From assembly GCA_052387815.1 (NCBI GenBank), contig JBQTIU010000022.1:104913-168912 (forward strand): 64,000 bases of DNA, given 5' to 3'. The notes beneath the pieces were generated by a model that did no database searches, was not told the origin of the DNA, and saw nothing but the letters and a program-made list of their open reading frames with translations. The position numbers and the translations under genes are program-made. Positions 1 through 9,971 of this stretch are shown here, piece by piece (the first letter of the stretch is position 1; every line of letters begins with the position of its first letter). This DNA is from Pseudomonadota bacterium. GTDB taxonomy: Bacteria > Pseudomonadota > Alphaproteobacteria > CACIAM-22H2.

Positions 1-335
1 GCGCCAAACGGCGGCCAGCGGTCGCCTTGTCGCCACGGCAGTTCCAGGCCGATCACCAGCGGACGATTCTCGGCATGATCACCGATGCCCGCAATCCCTC
101 CTGGCCAAGCGATGTCCCGCTTCGGGACCTCGGTTCGGCCGGCCTGGCGTTCGCCTCGGTCTTCCGCTGCAAGCTGTTCACGCTCGACAACAGCCTGATA
201 TTGCGACGGATCGGGTTGCTCTCCGCGGCCGATCGCGCAGCCGCCGCGAACGCTCTACGCGGCGCCCTCGCGGTTTGCCGCGCCCTGGGCCGGGCTCAAG
301 CATTCCGGTCGCGGGCCAGCTCCGCCAACCGTTGA
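1..335 (+). CDS. partial CDS, 3' end of a gene that starts upstream of the window; hypothetical, possibly the C-terminus of a regulator
   Basis: Reading frame is open to base 1 with no upstream in-frame stop; ordinary composition but no recognisable motif. Confidence 0.25.
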   Translation, partial: AKRRPAVALSPRQFQADHQRTILGMITDARNPSWPSDVPLRDLGSAGLAFASVFRCKLFTLDNSLILRRIGLLSAADRAAAANALRGALAVCRALGRAQAFRSRASSANR

Positions 336-457
336 CGGTCGGCGGCCGGAATACTAAGATTTCAAAGTGTTAGGTCGCGGTCGCCGCTGATCGTCGAGCC
401 CAGCCGAACCTTCGGCCGCGGCCAGCGGGTGTCGATACGAGCGAGGGGAATAGAGGG

Positions 458-793
458 ATGGGCGATCAGCCGGCGATGACGTGGCACGCGGTCGGGCGGG
501 TGGGCGAGCTCGGCGCGGGCGAGGCAAGGCAGGTGCGCGTCGGTGGGTTCGTGCTGGCGCTCTACAACGTCGATGGGACGCTTTACGCCACCGACGATAC
601 CTGCACCCATGCCCAGGCCAGCTTGTCCGAGGGCTACATCGAGGAGGGGGTCATCGAATGCCCGCTTCATCAGGGCCGTTACGACATCGCCTCGGGCAAG
701 GCGCTCAGCCCGCCGGTGACGCAGGATCTGCGCACCTATCCGGTCAAGATCGTGGGCGAGGAAATCCATGTCGCGACTCCGGCGGGGGGCTGA
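458..793 (+). CDS. Rieske [2Fe-2S] ferredoxin component of a ring-hydroxylating oxygenase system
   Basis: 111 aa; CTH...CPLH (C-X-H ... C-X-X-H) Rieske cluster ligands; size typical of a Rieske ferredoxin. Confidence 0.8.
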   Translation: MGDQPAMTWHAVGRVGELGAGEARQVRVGGFVLALYNVDGTLYATDDTCTHAQASLSEGYIEEGVIECPLHQGRYDIASGKALSPPVTQDLRTYPVKIVGEEIHVATPAGG

Positions 794-831
794 CGGCGGT
801 CTCTTTGGCGGCGTGATCGGGCGAGCGCAAC

Positions 832-1389
832 ATGAGCATGCTGATCCCGCGGCTCGAGATCGAGGACCTGGCCCCGGCGCTGCGGCAAGCGCTGGCGCCG
901 CGGGTCAAACGCCTCGGTTATCTCGGTGAGTTCTTCAAATGCGCGGGCCACCAGCCGGCGGCGCTCCTCTCGTTCATGCGGTTCACCGAAGATCTCAAGG
1001 AAGCCCTGCCGGACAACCTCACCGAAGTGGTGGCCCTGACGGTCGCCGGGAGCATGGACAACGCGTATGAGCGCCACCAGCACGAACGGCTGTGCCGGCG
1101 GCTCGGTTTTTCGCCGGAGTGGATCGGCGCCGTCAACGCGCTCGATCCGGCTGCCGGCACACCCCTCTCCGAGGACGAGCGGCTGGTGCAACGCTTGGTC
1201 GTGGCGGTCATCGAGCGCCAGGGCCGCGGCGTCGGCGAGAAATTCGACGCCGTGGTCCGCGCCGTCGGTCCCGCCCGGTCGATGGCCGTGCTCATGCTGA
1301 TCGGTCGCTACGTCACCCACGCCTTGATCGTCAACACCCTCGCGCTCGCCCCACCCGTGCCGTCCATATTTGCGGAGGCGAAGGCATGA
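832..1389 (+). CDS. carboxymuconolactone decarboxylase family / AhpD-like protein
   Basis: 185 aa helical protein of the CMD/AhpD type; stop overlaps the next start (ATGA at 1386-1389). Confidence 0.6.
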   Translation: MSMLIPRLEIEDLAPALRQALAPRVKRLGYLGEFFKCAGHQPAALLSFMRFTEDLKEALPDNLTEVVALTVAGSMDNAYERHQHERLCRRLGFSPEWIGAVNALDPAAGTPLSEDERLVQRLVVAVIERQGRGVGEKFDAVVRAVGPARSMAVLMLIGRYVTHALIVNTLALAPPVPSIFAEAKA

Positions 1390-2429
1390 GCGCGATTCCG
1401 GCCACGGCCCGCGAGCCGCTGTGGATCACCGAGGCCGAAACGGTCGCCCTCATCGATATGGGGGATGCGATCGTCGCCCTCGAGCGCGGCCTCGCCGCGG
1501 AGGGGCGCGGCGAGGCGGAGAACATGGTCAAGACGCATGCCACCTGGGGCAAAGACGACACGCTCCATGCCATCGGGGCCATCTTCCCGGCCACCGGCTT
1601 CGTCGGCACCAAGACCTGGGCGCATACCGGGGGCGGCGCCACGCCGCTCCTGCTGCTGTTCGACGCCCATGACGGCTCGCTCAAGGCGATCATCGAGGCA
1701 TTCGCGCTCGGCCAGTTGCGGACCGGAGGCATTTCGGGCGTCGCCACGCAATGGCTCGCCATGCCCGCGGCCGACGAGCTGGCGATCATCGGGACGGGAA
1801 AACAGGCGATCACGCAGGTCGCGGCGGTCGCCGCCGTGCGGCCGCTCAAGCGGGTGCGGGTTTTCAGCCCGACGCCGGCCAACCGAGCGCGGTTCGCGGA
1901 CCGCGTGACCAAGGAACTGCAAATTCCGGCGGCCGCCGCCGGCTCGGTCGCCGAGGCCGTCCGCGATGCGCCCATCATCACCTTGGTGACGCGCGCCACT
2001 TCGCCCTTCCTTAGCTCCGCCATGGTCGCGCGCGGGGCGCACATCAACGCGGTGGGGGCCATCGTGCCCGCCCGGGTCGAGTTCGCCCACGACCTGTTCG
2101 TGCGCTGCGGCCGGGTGGTGGTCGACAGCCCGCCCCAGGTCCAGAGGCTGTCGCGCGAGTTCATGGATCGCTACGGGTCGGACCCGGTCGCCTGGGAGGC
2201 CGTCGAATCGTTGTCGAAGGTCGTGGTCGGCCGCAAGTCGAGGTCGCCTGACACCGACTTGACGCTGTTCAAGGCGATGGGAATGGGCGTTTCCGACCTG
2301 TCGGTCGGCATCGAAGTCTATCGGCGCGCCGTCGAGCGCGGTCTCGGTCGCCGCATTCCGCGCCCGGAGCGCGCCATGCCCAGGTTGCGGGCCGTCGCGC
2401 CCGCGCAGAAGAGAGGAGCCGCATCATGA
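1386..2429 (+). CDS. ornithine cyclodeaminase / mu-crystallin family enzyme (cyclodeaminase or ketimine/pyrroline-2-carboxylate reductase type)
   Basis: 347 aa from the internal ATG at 1386; the upstream part of the 445-aa ORF is R/P-rich alternate-frame translation; Rossmann segment IIGTGKQA and OCD-family architecture. Confidence 0.8.
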   Translation: MSAIPATAREPLWITEAETVALIDMGDAIVALERGLAAEGRGEAENMVKTHATWGKDDTLHAIGAIFPATGFVGTKTWAHTGGGATPLLLLFDAHDGSLKAIIEAFALGQLRTGGISGVATQWLAMPAADELAIIGTGKQAITQVAAVAAVRPLKRVRVFSPTPANRARFADRVTKELQIPAAAAGSVAEAVRDAPIITLVTRATSPFLSSAMVARGAHINAVGAIVPARVEFAHDLFVRCGRVVVDSPPQVQRLSREFMDRYGSDPVAWEAVESLSKVVVGRKSRSPDTDLTLFKAMGMGVSDLSVGIEVYRRAVERGLGRRIPRPERAMPRLRAVAPAQKRGAAS

Positions 2430-3517
2430 GCGAGAAATACTTCATCGACCGGACCGGCGTGAGCGCGCCGAACCTCGACCTGTGGCCGCCGGTGGTCGTT
2501 CCCAAGGAGGCGATCGAGAGCGAAATCGCGCGGCTCGCCTCGCTGCCGGCGCCGGCGAACGGACGGCGCGAATCGCTGATCGTTCACCCCCAGGCGAGGC
2601 CGCCGGGTCTCGGGCTCGCGGCCGGCATCGAGGTCAAGCTCTGCGTGCTGAAGCCCGGCGAGAAGACGGCGCCGATCCGCCACAACTCGACCCAGGTCAG
2701 TTTCTGCATCCAGGGGGCCGGGGCCGGCGTCATCGGTGGCAAGCGGATCGAATTCGCGCAGTACGACGTGTGGAACCACCCCTCGTATACGACGTATTGG
2801 CATATCAACGACACCGGGGAGCTGCAGGTCCGGCTCGCCTACTCCAACGCCGCGCTGCTCGACAAGCTCAACATCCACGTCGTCGACGAGTCTCCGCCGA
2901 TCGTCGCGGCGGTGCCCCGCGCGGCCGAGCCGGCGGCGGCCGATCCGCGCCGCAAGAGCCCGTACGGGACCTTCGAGCTCACCGAGGACGGCGCCTGGCT
3001 GATGCCATACGAGCTGTTGATCAATCCCCAGGCCGTGGAATCGAAGCCCCTGCATTGGCCGTGGAAGCTGGTCAAGGAACATCTCGACAAGCTCGAGGCG
3101 CTGGGCAAGGACTACGTCGGCCGCCGGCTCTATCTGCTCTACAACCCGGCGACCGGGCGGACCAACGGCACGACCCCGAACTTCTTCGCCACGATGACGA
3201 TTCGCCCGCCCAAGATCGTCGACCGGCCGCATCGCCATTCCTCGGCCGCGATCAACTACTACTTCCAAGGCAGCGGCCGCAGCACGGTGGAGGGCAAAGT
3301 CTACACCTGGAAGGCCGGCGACCTGATGCTGTCGGCCCCCGGCTGGGCGGTCCATAACCACGCCTCCTACGGCGATTACGTGTACGAGCTCACCGTTCAG
3401 GATCAGCCGCTCAACATCAACATGGAATCCCTGCTGTGGCAGGAAAGCCTGAAGCATCCGGCGGCGTTGCTCGGCGCCGAGCCCGGCTTCGAGACCAACC
3501 GGGCCAGGGCGGGCTGA
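2426..3517 (+). CDS. bicupin dioxygenase, gentisate/1-hydroxy-2-naphthoate 1,2-dioxygenase-like
   Basis: 363 aa; two cupin-like halves with His-rich metal motifs (for example RPHRHSSAAINYYFQG); ATGA overlap with the upstream gene. Confidence 0.6.
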   Translation: MSEKYFIDRTGVSAPNLDLWPPVVVPKEAIESEIARLASLPAPANGRRESLIVHPQARPPGLGLAAGIEVKLCVLKPGEKTAPIRHNSTQVSFCIQGAGAGVIGGKRIEFAQYDVWNHPSYTTYWHINDTGELQVRLAYSNAALLDKLNIHVVDESPPIVAAVPRAAEPAAADPRRKSPYGTFELTEDGAWLMPYELLINPQAVESKPLHWPWKLVKEHLDKLEALGKDYVGRRLYLLYNPATGRTNGTTPNFFATMTIRPPKIVDRPHRHSSAAINYYFQGSGRSTVEGKVYTWKAGDLMLSAPGWAVHNHASYGDYVYELTVQDQPLNINMESLLWQESLKHPAALLGAEPGFETNRARAG

Positions 3518-3524
3518 GGCGCCC

Positions 3525-4442
3525 ATGATCGAGCTGGCCAAGGACAAGCTGCGCGGCTCCTACCCGCCGCTGGTGAGCCCGTTCACGAACGGCAAGGTCG
3601 ACTACGACGCCTATGCCGGACTCGTCGAGCGGCAGATCAAGGAGGGCTCGCACGGCATCGTCGTCAACGGGACGACCGGCGAGCCGACCACCCTTACGAT
3701 CGCCGAGCGCAACAAGCTGGTCGAGGTGGCGGTCGAGGCCGCATCCGGCTGCATCGCGGTCGTGGCGGCCACCGGCTCGCAGAGCCATGCCGAATCGGTG
3801 GCGCTCACGCGCGCGGCCGAGAAGGCCGGCGCCGATGCGGTGCTCGTCGTCACGCCGTACTTCATCCGCCCGCCCCAGCGCGGCCTCGTCGACTACTACC
3901 TGGACATCGGCCGGCAGACCGCCCTTCCGCTCATGATCTACCACATCCCGGGCCGCGCGGCCGTCAACCTGACCGCCGACACGATCGCCGCCATCGCGGA
4001 GCGAGTGCCGAACCTGGTCGGAATCAAGCACGCTGTCAACGATCTCAACCTGGTGACCGAGCTCTTGGCCCGGCTCGGGTTCGAGTTCCGGGTGTTCGTC
4101 GGCCTCGAGGATTTGAGCTTTCCGATGCTGGCGGTCGGCGCGGCGGGACTCATGAACGCGGTCGGCAACCTTGCGCCACGCAAGGTGGCGGCGCTCTACG
4201 AAGCGACGGCGGCCGGCAAGCTTGCGCAAGCCCGCGCCCTTCATTACGAGCTGTTCGAGCTCAATCAGGCGGTGTTCTTCGACACCAACCCCATCCCAAT
4301 GAAATACATGATGAAGCGCTTGGGCCTGCTCGCCAACGAAGAGCACCGGCTGCCGATGGTGCCGGCCACGCCCGAGCTCGCGCGACGCTTGGACGAGGTG
4401 TTGCGGCGCGCGGGTCTGCTCAAGCGCGCGGCGGCCGAGTAG
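3525..4442 (+). CDS. DHDPS/N-acetylneuraminate lyase family class I aldolase (DapA-like; could be a hydratase-aldolase or pyrroline-hydroxy-carboxylate deaminase type)
   Basis: 305 aa; GIVVNGTTGE near the N-terminus and a GIKHAVNDLN segment typical of the DHDPS family. Confidence 0.8.
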   Translation: MIELAKDKLRGSYPPLVSPFTNGKVDYDAYAGLVERQIKEGSHGIVVNGTTGEPTTLTIAERNKLVEVAVEAASGCIAVVAATGSQSHAESVALTRAAEKAGADAVLVVTPYFIRPPQRGLVDYYLDIGRQTALPLMIYHIPGRAAVNLTADTIAAIAERVPNLVGIKHAVNDLNLVTELLARLGFEFRVFVGLEDLSFPMLAVGAAGLMNAVGNLAPRKVAALYEATAAGKLAQARALHYELFELNQAVFFDTNPIPMKYMMKRLGLLANEEHRLPMVPATPELARRLDEVLRRAGLLKRAAAE

Positions 4443-4473
4443 GCATGGCCGCCCTTTCCTTTTGCGCTGGCCT

Positions 4474-5001
4474 TCAGATCGGGTAGATCAGCGAGGCCGG
4501 CACGAGGTTCGAATCGAAGACGCAGAGCCGTTCCTTGAACACCAGCCGGCCCTGGTGGCGGACCAGCTTGTCGAGATAGCGTCCGGTGTTGAAGATCCGA
4601 GTCTCCTCGTCGACCCTGGTCTCGAGGACGAGGTAACTGGCCTGGGCCTCGATGACGCCGTCGACCATGCCCCGGATGCGGACCGGCCCGACGAGATGGC
4701 GCATGAACCGCGGCGCGTAGACGGCCGTTTGCCGGATCGCGACCACGCGGTCCTTGAGCATGCCGCGGCTCTCGCAGCGCAGGGTGGCGAGCGGCAAGCC
4801 GCGATCGAAATTCTCGCGGGGAATGATCTTGTACGTGCACTCATCGGTGAACAAGTCGGGCCAGCGCTCGAGCTCGTCGTCGTCGAGGCAGGTCGCGTAG
4901 TCGCAGTAGAGATCCTCGATCTCGAGGCGCAGTTCGCGCAGCTCGCGCGGATCCATGGACTCTCGCGCATTGGTCGGGCGTTGCACGGCCGCGACCCTCA
5001 C
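4474..5001 (-). CDS. ring-hydroxylating dioxygenase beta (small) subunit
   Basis: 175 aa of RHO small-subunit size, SnoaL-like fold suggested by composition; start overlaps the alpha-subunit stop (ATGA). Confidence 0.75.
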   Translation of the reverse strand: MRVAAVQRPTNARESMDPRELRELRLEIEDLYCDYATCLDDDELERWPDLFTDECTYKIIPRENFDRGLPLATLRCESRGMLKDRVVAIRQTAVYAPRFMRHLVGPVRIRGMVDGVIEAQASYLVLETRVDEETRIFNTGRYLDKLVRHQGRLVFKERLCVFDSNLVPASLIYPI

Positions 5002-6257
5002 AGCCCCATGACTTCGCGGTAATGCTTATAGAAACCGCGGACCGAGGTCTCGGTGACCAGGTGCGGCTCGTTGCGGACCTCGCGCCCGCCCATCTCGAGC
5101 ACGCTGGCGTCATCGGGATAGGGCGCGACGCCGAGTTGCGAGAATTCCATCATTTCGCTGTCATCGACCGAGACATAGCCGGCCGGCCCCATCAGGTTGG
5201 CCTGGCGCAGGCGGCGCGTCGTCATCTCCTCGCTGTCGGCGGCGTAGCCGAAGAAGGTCCACACCAATTCGAATTCCCGTGGTCCGCGCGTCACCAGCTG
5301 GCGCGTGGCCAGCGTGTTCGACTGCTGCTGGATAATCAGGTTCGGCCACAGCGTCTGCATAACCACCGTGGCCTCGCCCGGGAACTCGCGCACCGGGTCC
5401 AGGAGCCGCGCGTCGTTGAGCTTGAAATCGGGCCGCATCGACTTCATGTCGGCGGTGGCTTCGCTCGCCTTTTGCTCGCCCTTGCGCGAGATGAGCGCCG
5501 CGTGCCGCCCGCTGTCGTCCATCTCGACCGCCGAGGGCTGATCGGCCCGGAAGAGCCCGAAGGTGACCAGGAAGACATGCAGCAGGCTCGCGTGATAGGG
5601 GTCCTTGATGTTCTCGAACATCAGCTTCCAGTTGCTGCGGATGGCCTGGCGCATGTAGCCGAGCAGCGTCAGCGGGCGCCCGTCGAACACGCGATCGAAA
5701 TATTTGAGCATCGGCGGCCCGAGGTAGTCCTCGAAGGACGGCATGTCGTGGCGGAAGCTCGCGAAGACGACGCCGTGGCGCTCCGTGACCGCGAGCTTGC
5801 GCAGGCCGTGGTCCTCGGGCTTGAAATCGGCCGGCATGCCGCCCTGCTTGTTGACCCCGCGGCGGAACGGCACGCCGATGAGGTTGCCCTTGAGGTCATA
5901 GGTCCACTGGTGGTAGGGGCACATGAACTCGCGCGTGTTGCCGAGGCTGCGACGGCAGAACTGGACGCCGCGATGGGCGCACTTGTTGACGACGACGTTG
6001 ATCCCACCCTCGGCGTCGCGCGTCACGATCACCGCCTTGTCCCCGATCGAACTGCGTTTGAAATCGCCCGGGTTCGGGATCTCCGCCGCGAGCCCGACGT
6101 AGTTCCAGCTCGGCCCGCAGAAGATCCGCTCCTGCTCGCGCGCATAGAGCTCGGGATCGGTGTAGACCCAGTGGGGCACCCGCGACACGCCCTCGCGGGG
6201 CCATGCCCGATCGGCCGTGGCGTGTGCGCTGGCCGCTGCCATGCCCCTTCCGTTCAT
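4998..6257 (-). CDS. ring-hydroxylating dioxygenase alpha (large) subunit
   Basis: CAHRG...CPYHQW Rieske motif plus a catalytic domain; start taken at Met23 of the ORF (6257), which has a GGGAGG Shine-Dalgarno 7 nt upstream. Confidence 0.85.
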   Translation of the reverse strand: MNGRGMAAASAHATADRAWPREGVSRVPHWVYTDPELYAREQERIFCGPSWNYVGLAAEIPNPGDFKRSSIGDKAVIVTRDAEGGINVVVNKCAHRGVQFCRRSLGNTREFMCPYHQWTYDLKGNLIGVPFRRGVNKQGGMPADFKPEDHGLRKLAVTERHGVVFASFRHDMPSFEDYLGPPMLKYFDRVFDGRPLTLLGYMRQAIRSNWKLMFENIKDPYHASLLHVFLVTFGLFRADQPSAVEMDDSGRHAALISRKGEQKASEATADMKSMRPDFKLNDARLLDPVREFPGEATVVMQTLWPNLIIQQQSNTLATRQLVTRGPREFELVWTFFGYAADSEEMTTRRLRQANLMGPAGYVSVDDSEMMEFSQLGVAPYPDDASVLEMGGREVRNEPHLVTETSVRGFYKHYREVMGL

Positions 6258-6394
6258 CCGCTGGCCTCCCCGCCCGAGCCGGCAGCCGAAGTGCCCGGGT
6301 GCGCCAGGGCGGGCCAAAAACATAGCTTTCGAAGCAATCGCTTAGCACGATGGCGCGCCCCCGGTCAACAAGCAGGGCGGCACGCCTTTTCACG

Positions 6395-7189
6395 TTATCT
6401 CCGCAACAGGCGTTCAACTTCGTCGCCGGCGTCGAAGACGAGGTTGAGTATTGCCGCCGTGACCGTGATGGCGAGCGTGGGCCACAAGAGCAGCACAGGG
6501 TTGTCGAAAAGGAACAGCCGGTACTCGTGTACCATGGCCCCCCAGTCGGGGCGGGAGGTGTCGGCGCCCAACCCGAGGAAGGCCAGCGCGGCGTAGCTGA
6601 GCACGTTTCGGCCGGCATCGCTTCCGAGATAGGTCGATACGGTATCGCGGATACTCGGCAGAACATGGCGCCGGAGCTTTCCCCATGTCCCCGCCCCCAG
6701 CGCCTCGGCGGCGCGCATGTAATCCTGGGCGAGGACGCGGGTCGTGAGGTGGTGGGCAAGCATTGCGTAGGATCCCCAACCGGCGACGCCAAGCGCGACC
6801 CCCGCGGTCACCGGGGTGAGCCCGACCAGCGTCGTCAGGGTTAGGGCCAGCACGAGTTGCGGCATGACGATGACGAATTCCGCCGCCCTCACCAGGGCGC
6901 CCTCGACGAGCCGGCCGGAGAGCGCCGCAATCACGCCGATGAGCGTCCCGGTCAAAGCCGAGACCACGGTGACCACGACCAATACGGTCGCGGTATGACC
7001 CGCGCCGACCATGAGCCGCGACAGCACATCGCGACCGAGATGGTCGGTCCCGAGCGGATGGATCAGCGATGGGCCGGCGTGGCGGAGCAGTAAATCGACG
7101 GCATCCGGGTCGTGCGGCTGCCAGACCGCCGCGAGCACGATTGCCAGGCAAATGACGGCGAGGACCGAAGGAGGTAGCCGCCGCCTCAT
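6395..7189 (-). CDS. ABC transporter permease, DppC/OppC-like
   Basis: Multi-TM permease of the family-5 peptide/nickel/opine type; internal start at 7189 overlaps the upstream permease stop. Confidence 0.8.
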   Translation of the reverse strand: MRRRLPPSVLAVICLAIVLAAVWQPHDPDAVDLLLRHAGPSLIHPLGTDHLGRDVLSRLMVGAGHTATVLVVVTVVSALTGTLIGVIAALSGRLVEGALVRAAEFVIVMPQLVLALTLTTLVGLTPVTAGVALGVAGWGSYAMLAHHLTTRVLAQDYMRAAEALGAGTWGKLRRHVLPSIRDTVSTYLGSDAGRNVLSYAALAFLGLGADTSRPDWGAMVHEYRLFLFDNPVLLLWPTLAITVTAAILNLVFDAGDEVERLLRR

Positions 7190-8097
7190 TGGATCCTCGG
7201 GTCCAGCCGGCGCCGCACGAGGCCCGCGACGAGCCCCACCGCGAGCATCCAGACACTGATGGCGACGATGTAGCCCTGGAGCACGAAATAGTCCCGGGCG
7301 GCGATGCTCTGGACGAGGAAGTCGCTGATGCCGGGCACGGCAAAGACGACCTCGGTGACCGCGGTGCCCCCGATGGCCCAGCCGCACTCCGGCGTCAGCG
7401 CGCCGAGCAGGCCGAACAGCGCATGCCTGGAGCCATGCCGTCGCAGCGCCTGCCGAGGGGAGAGCCCTTTGGCGAGGGCCGTGCGGAAGAAGGGACGAGT
7501 CTGCACGGCCCGCAGTTCGGAGCGGAACACCCGGACGAGCGAGCCGGTCGAGTACAGAGCGACGATGAGGGTTGGCAGGACAATCTGTTCGAGGAATCCG
7601 CCGGAGAACGGCCGGATCAAACGGAACTCAATAGCCAGGAGCCAGATCGCGAAGAGACCAGTGACGAAGATCGGCACCGACTGGGACAAGACGGTGATCG
7701 CGCGCGAGAGCCGGTCGGCGACGCCGTTCGGGCGCGCCGCCGCCTCGAACCCCAGCGCGATGGCCACCGCGGTTGCCAGCGCCAATCCGCCGAGGCCAAG
7801 CGCGAGCGAGACCGGCAATCGGGCCAGGAATTCGTGGAGGATCGGTTGCCGGGTCCGAAACGAGGTTCCCCAATCGCCGGAAATGAACCGCGCCAGCCAA
7901 AACCAATACTGTTCGACCAGCGATCGGTCGAGGCCCCATTCCTTATGGAGAGCGGCAATCGCCTCTGGGGTGACCGCCAGATGGGCATCGGTCAAAAGCA
8001 GCACCGCCGGGTCGCCGGGCATCGCCCGGATGGTGGCGAAGGCGACCAGGCTCGCCAACCACAGCAGCAGGAAACTGCGCCCGACCAGACGAACCAT
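7186..8097 (-). CDS. ABC transporter permease, DppB/OppB-like
   Basis: 303 aa; six-TM BPD-type transporter signature region. Confidence 0.85.
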   Translation of the reverse strand: MVRLVGRSFLLLWLASLVAFATIRAMPGDPAVLLLTDAHLAVTPEAIAALHKEWGLDRSLVEQYWFWLARFISGDWGTSFRTRQPILHEFLARLPVSLALGLGGLALATAVAIALGFEAAARPNGVADRLSRAITVLSQSVPIFVTGLFAIWLLAIEFRLIRPFSGGFLEQIVLPTLIVALYSTGSLVRVFRSELRAVQTRPFFRTALAKGLSPRQALRRHGSRHALFGLLGALTPECGWAIGGTAVTEVVFAVPGISDFLVQSIAARDYFVLQGYIVAISVWMLAVGLVAGLVRRRLDPRIQ

Positions 8098-8119
8098 GCG
8101 CGGCCCGCGCCTTTCGCCG

Positions 8120-9637
8120 CTATCGCCGCAAGCCCATCTCCGGCCGCACGATGAAGTAGTCGGATGGATAGGGACGATAGTCGGCCAGGCGCTCGGACAG
8201 CCCGGTGTGGACGAGCGGTGTCATCAGGAAGGCCGCCGGTGCCTCCTCGAACATGATCGCCTGGGCCTTCTTGAGCAACGCGGTGCGCGCGTTGCCATCG
8301 GTGGTCTCGCGAAGCCGGTCGAGAACGGCGTCGATGCGCGGCATGGAAAGCCGAGAGAAGTTGTGCACCGCCGTCGAGCGCATAAGGCGTTCGAGGATGA
8401 ATGCGCCGTCGCCGCCGGGGGCGGCATGGGTCGCCAAGAACGCAAGATGGTAGTTCCCCTCCAGGATGGCCGTCGTGATCGCCTCGACCGCCCGGGTCGC
8501 GATCCGAAAGCCGAGCGCGCCCAACTGCGATTTCACGACCGGCGCCAGCGTGAGAAAGTCGGGTCTTTGCGGTGAGGACAGCAGGACCAATTCGAGCCCC
8601 CGGTCGTCCTTGCGGCGGACGCCATCGCGAGCGAGCCGCCATCCCGCCTCGTCGAGAAGGCGTTCCGCCTGGGCGCGGTCGGTTGGCCGCGGCGCAGGCA
8701 GCGCGAACGGCATGATGGACGGGTAAATGCCGGTTGCCACCTCGCCGCCGCCGGCTGCCTCCACGAGCATGCCCCGGTCCAATGCCAGATCGACCGCGCG
8801 TCGCACCCGCACGTCGTCGAGCGGGGGACGGCTGGCCTGGAAGAACATCATATACTGGTACGCGACCAGCGTGGACTTGATCGTCAGGTTGGGATTGCGG
8901 CGCAGGCGCGGCAGGTTGTCCGCGGCAAGCTCGTAGGCAAGATCGGCTTCCCCGATTTCCAACGCCAGCGCCCGTGCCTGCGGATCGATGATCCGCCGCA
9001 CTGTCACGTTCGGACGGGTCGGCGCGCCGGGGAAGTGCGGGTTCGGGTGCAGAACGATACGATCTCCGGGCCGGTGCTCGACGATCCGGTAGGGGCCGGT
9101 GAAGACGATCTGGCCGCCGACCGGCTTATGGATCATCTGCGCCCACTCGGCCAGAACCGATGCCATGACCGGCACCGGCCGTTCGGGACGCAGCCGCAGC
9201 GTCAGCGCGTCGAGCATGTCGATCTCCAGGCGGCCGGTCTGCGCGGCGGCGATGGGATTACCGGTATTGGCGCGCAGCAGGGCGGCGCGGACGGTCTCGG
9301 CATCGACCGGGCTGCCGTCGCTGAATGTGCGATCCGGGCGCAAGCGCAGGCGCCACGTCGGACCCTCCGCCGTGACGCTTTCGGCGAGGTGCGGTACGAT
9401 CTCGCCGCCTTCGTCGAGCCGGAACAATCCCTCTGCGACGCCATGGGACTGCAAGGACCAGCCGGCGTTGCCTCGAATGGGATCAAGGGTGTCGGCGAGA
9501 AACGCTTGCGCGACCGTGATCATCGGCCGCGCGCCTGCCATGGCGGGCATCGCGATGACCGTCAGAGCGAGCGCGATGAATAGGCGCGACCGGAAGAACG
9601 GCTGAACAAAATCGGAGGTTCGCGTAGGCGGAGCCAT
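8120..9637 (-). CDS. ABC transporter substrate-binding protein, family 5 (peptide/nickel/opine type)
   Basis: 505 aa with an N-terminal signal peptide; size and composition of SBP_bac_5 proteins. Confidence 0.85.
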   Translation of the reverse strand: MAPPTRTSDFVQPFFRSRLFIALALTVIAMPAMAGARPMITVAQAFLADTLDPIRGNAGWSLQSHGVAEGLFRLDEGGEIVPHLAESVTAEGPTWRLRLRPDRTFSDGSPVDAETVRAALLRANTGNPIAAAQTGRLEIDMLDALTLRLRPERPVPVMASVLAEWAQMIHKPVGGQIVFTGPYRIVEHRPGDRIVLHPNPHFPGAPTRPNVTVRRIIDPQARALALEIGEADLAYELAADNLPRLRRNPNLTIKSTLVAYQYMMFFQASRPPLDDVRVRRAVDLALDRGMLVEAAGGGEVATGIYPSIMPFALPAPRPTDRAQAERLLDEAGWRLARDGVRRKDDRGLELVLLSSPQRPDFLTLAPVVKSQLGALGFRIATRAVEAITTAILEGNYHLAFLATHAAPGGDGAFILERLMRSTAVHNFSRLSMPRIDAVLDRLRETTDGNARTALLKKAQAIMFEEAPAAFLMTPLVHTGLSERLADYRPYPSDYFIVRPEMGLRR

Positions 9638-9971
9638 CGGACACCTCGACGCAGGACGTCTGACACGTCACCGCGAACGAGGCGCGGCCCCCGCTCGAGA
9701 ACAGCGGAAGCCGACCACCCATCGGTACACCCCGTCCGATGTGCTCGCGCTGACCACGCCGATGGCAGGTCTCCGGACTCGCGGGTCTCTGCCGTCCGCC
9801 GCCTTCCCAGTCACCCAGTGGCCGTATGGCGTCCGGCTCGCCGCCTACCGTAGCGGGGGCTGTCGCGGCATGAGGCGTGCGCCCGAACCGCGTTCCCTTT
9901 TCATCCCCGGCAGGGGAACCATCGAGATCATGATAGCTACGCGCCGCGCCGATGTCAAGTTTGCCGGCGCC

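Noticed and set aside
1092-1385. N-terminal 98 aa of the 445-aa ORF containing the cyclodeaminase
   Set aside because: It overlaps the CMD-family gene in another frame and is an R/P/G-rich artefact; the real start is the ATG at 1386.
2318-3547. 409-aa minus-strand ORF
   Set aside because: It is antisense to the bicupin gene and has an R/G/P/A-biased composition; the plus-strand protein has clear cupin motifs.
5022-6596. 524-aa plus-strand ORF
   Set aside because: It is antisense to the Rieske alpha subunit and has a biased R/A/G/L composition.
9896-9925. TTCCCCGGCAGGGGAA hairpin below the TRAP permease stop
   Set aside because: Relative to the minus-strand transcript the flanking run is A-rich rather than U-rich, so it is not a convincing intrinsic terminator.
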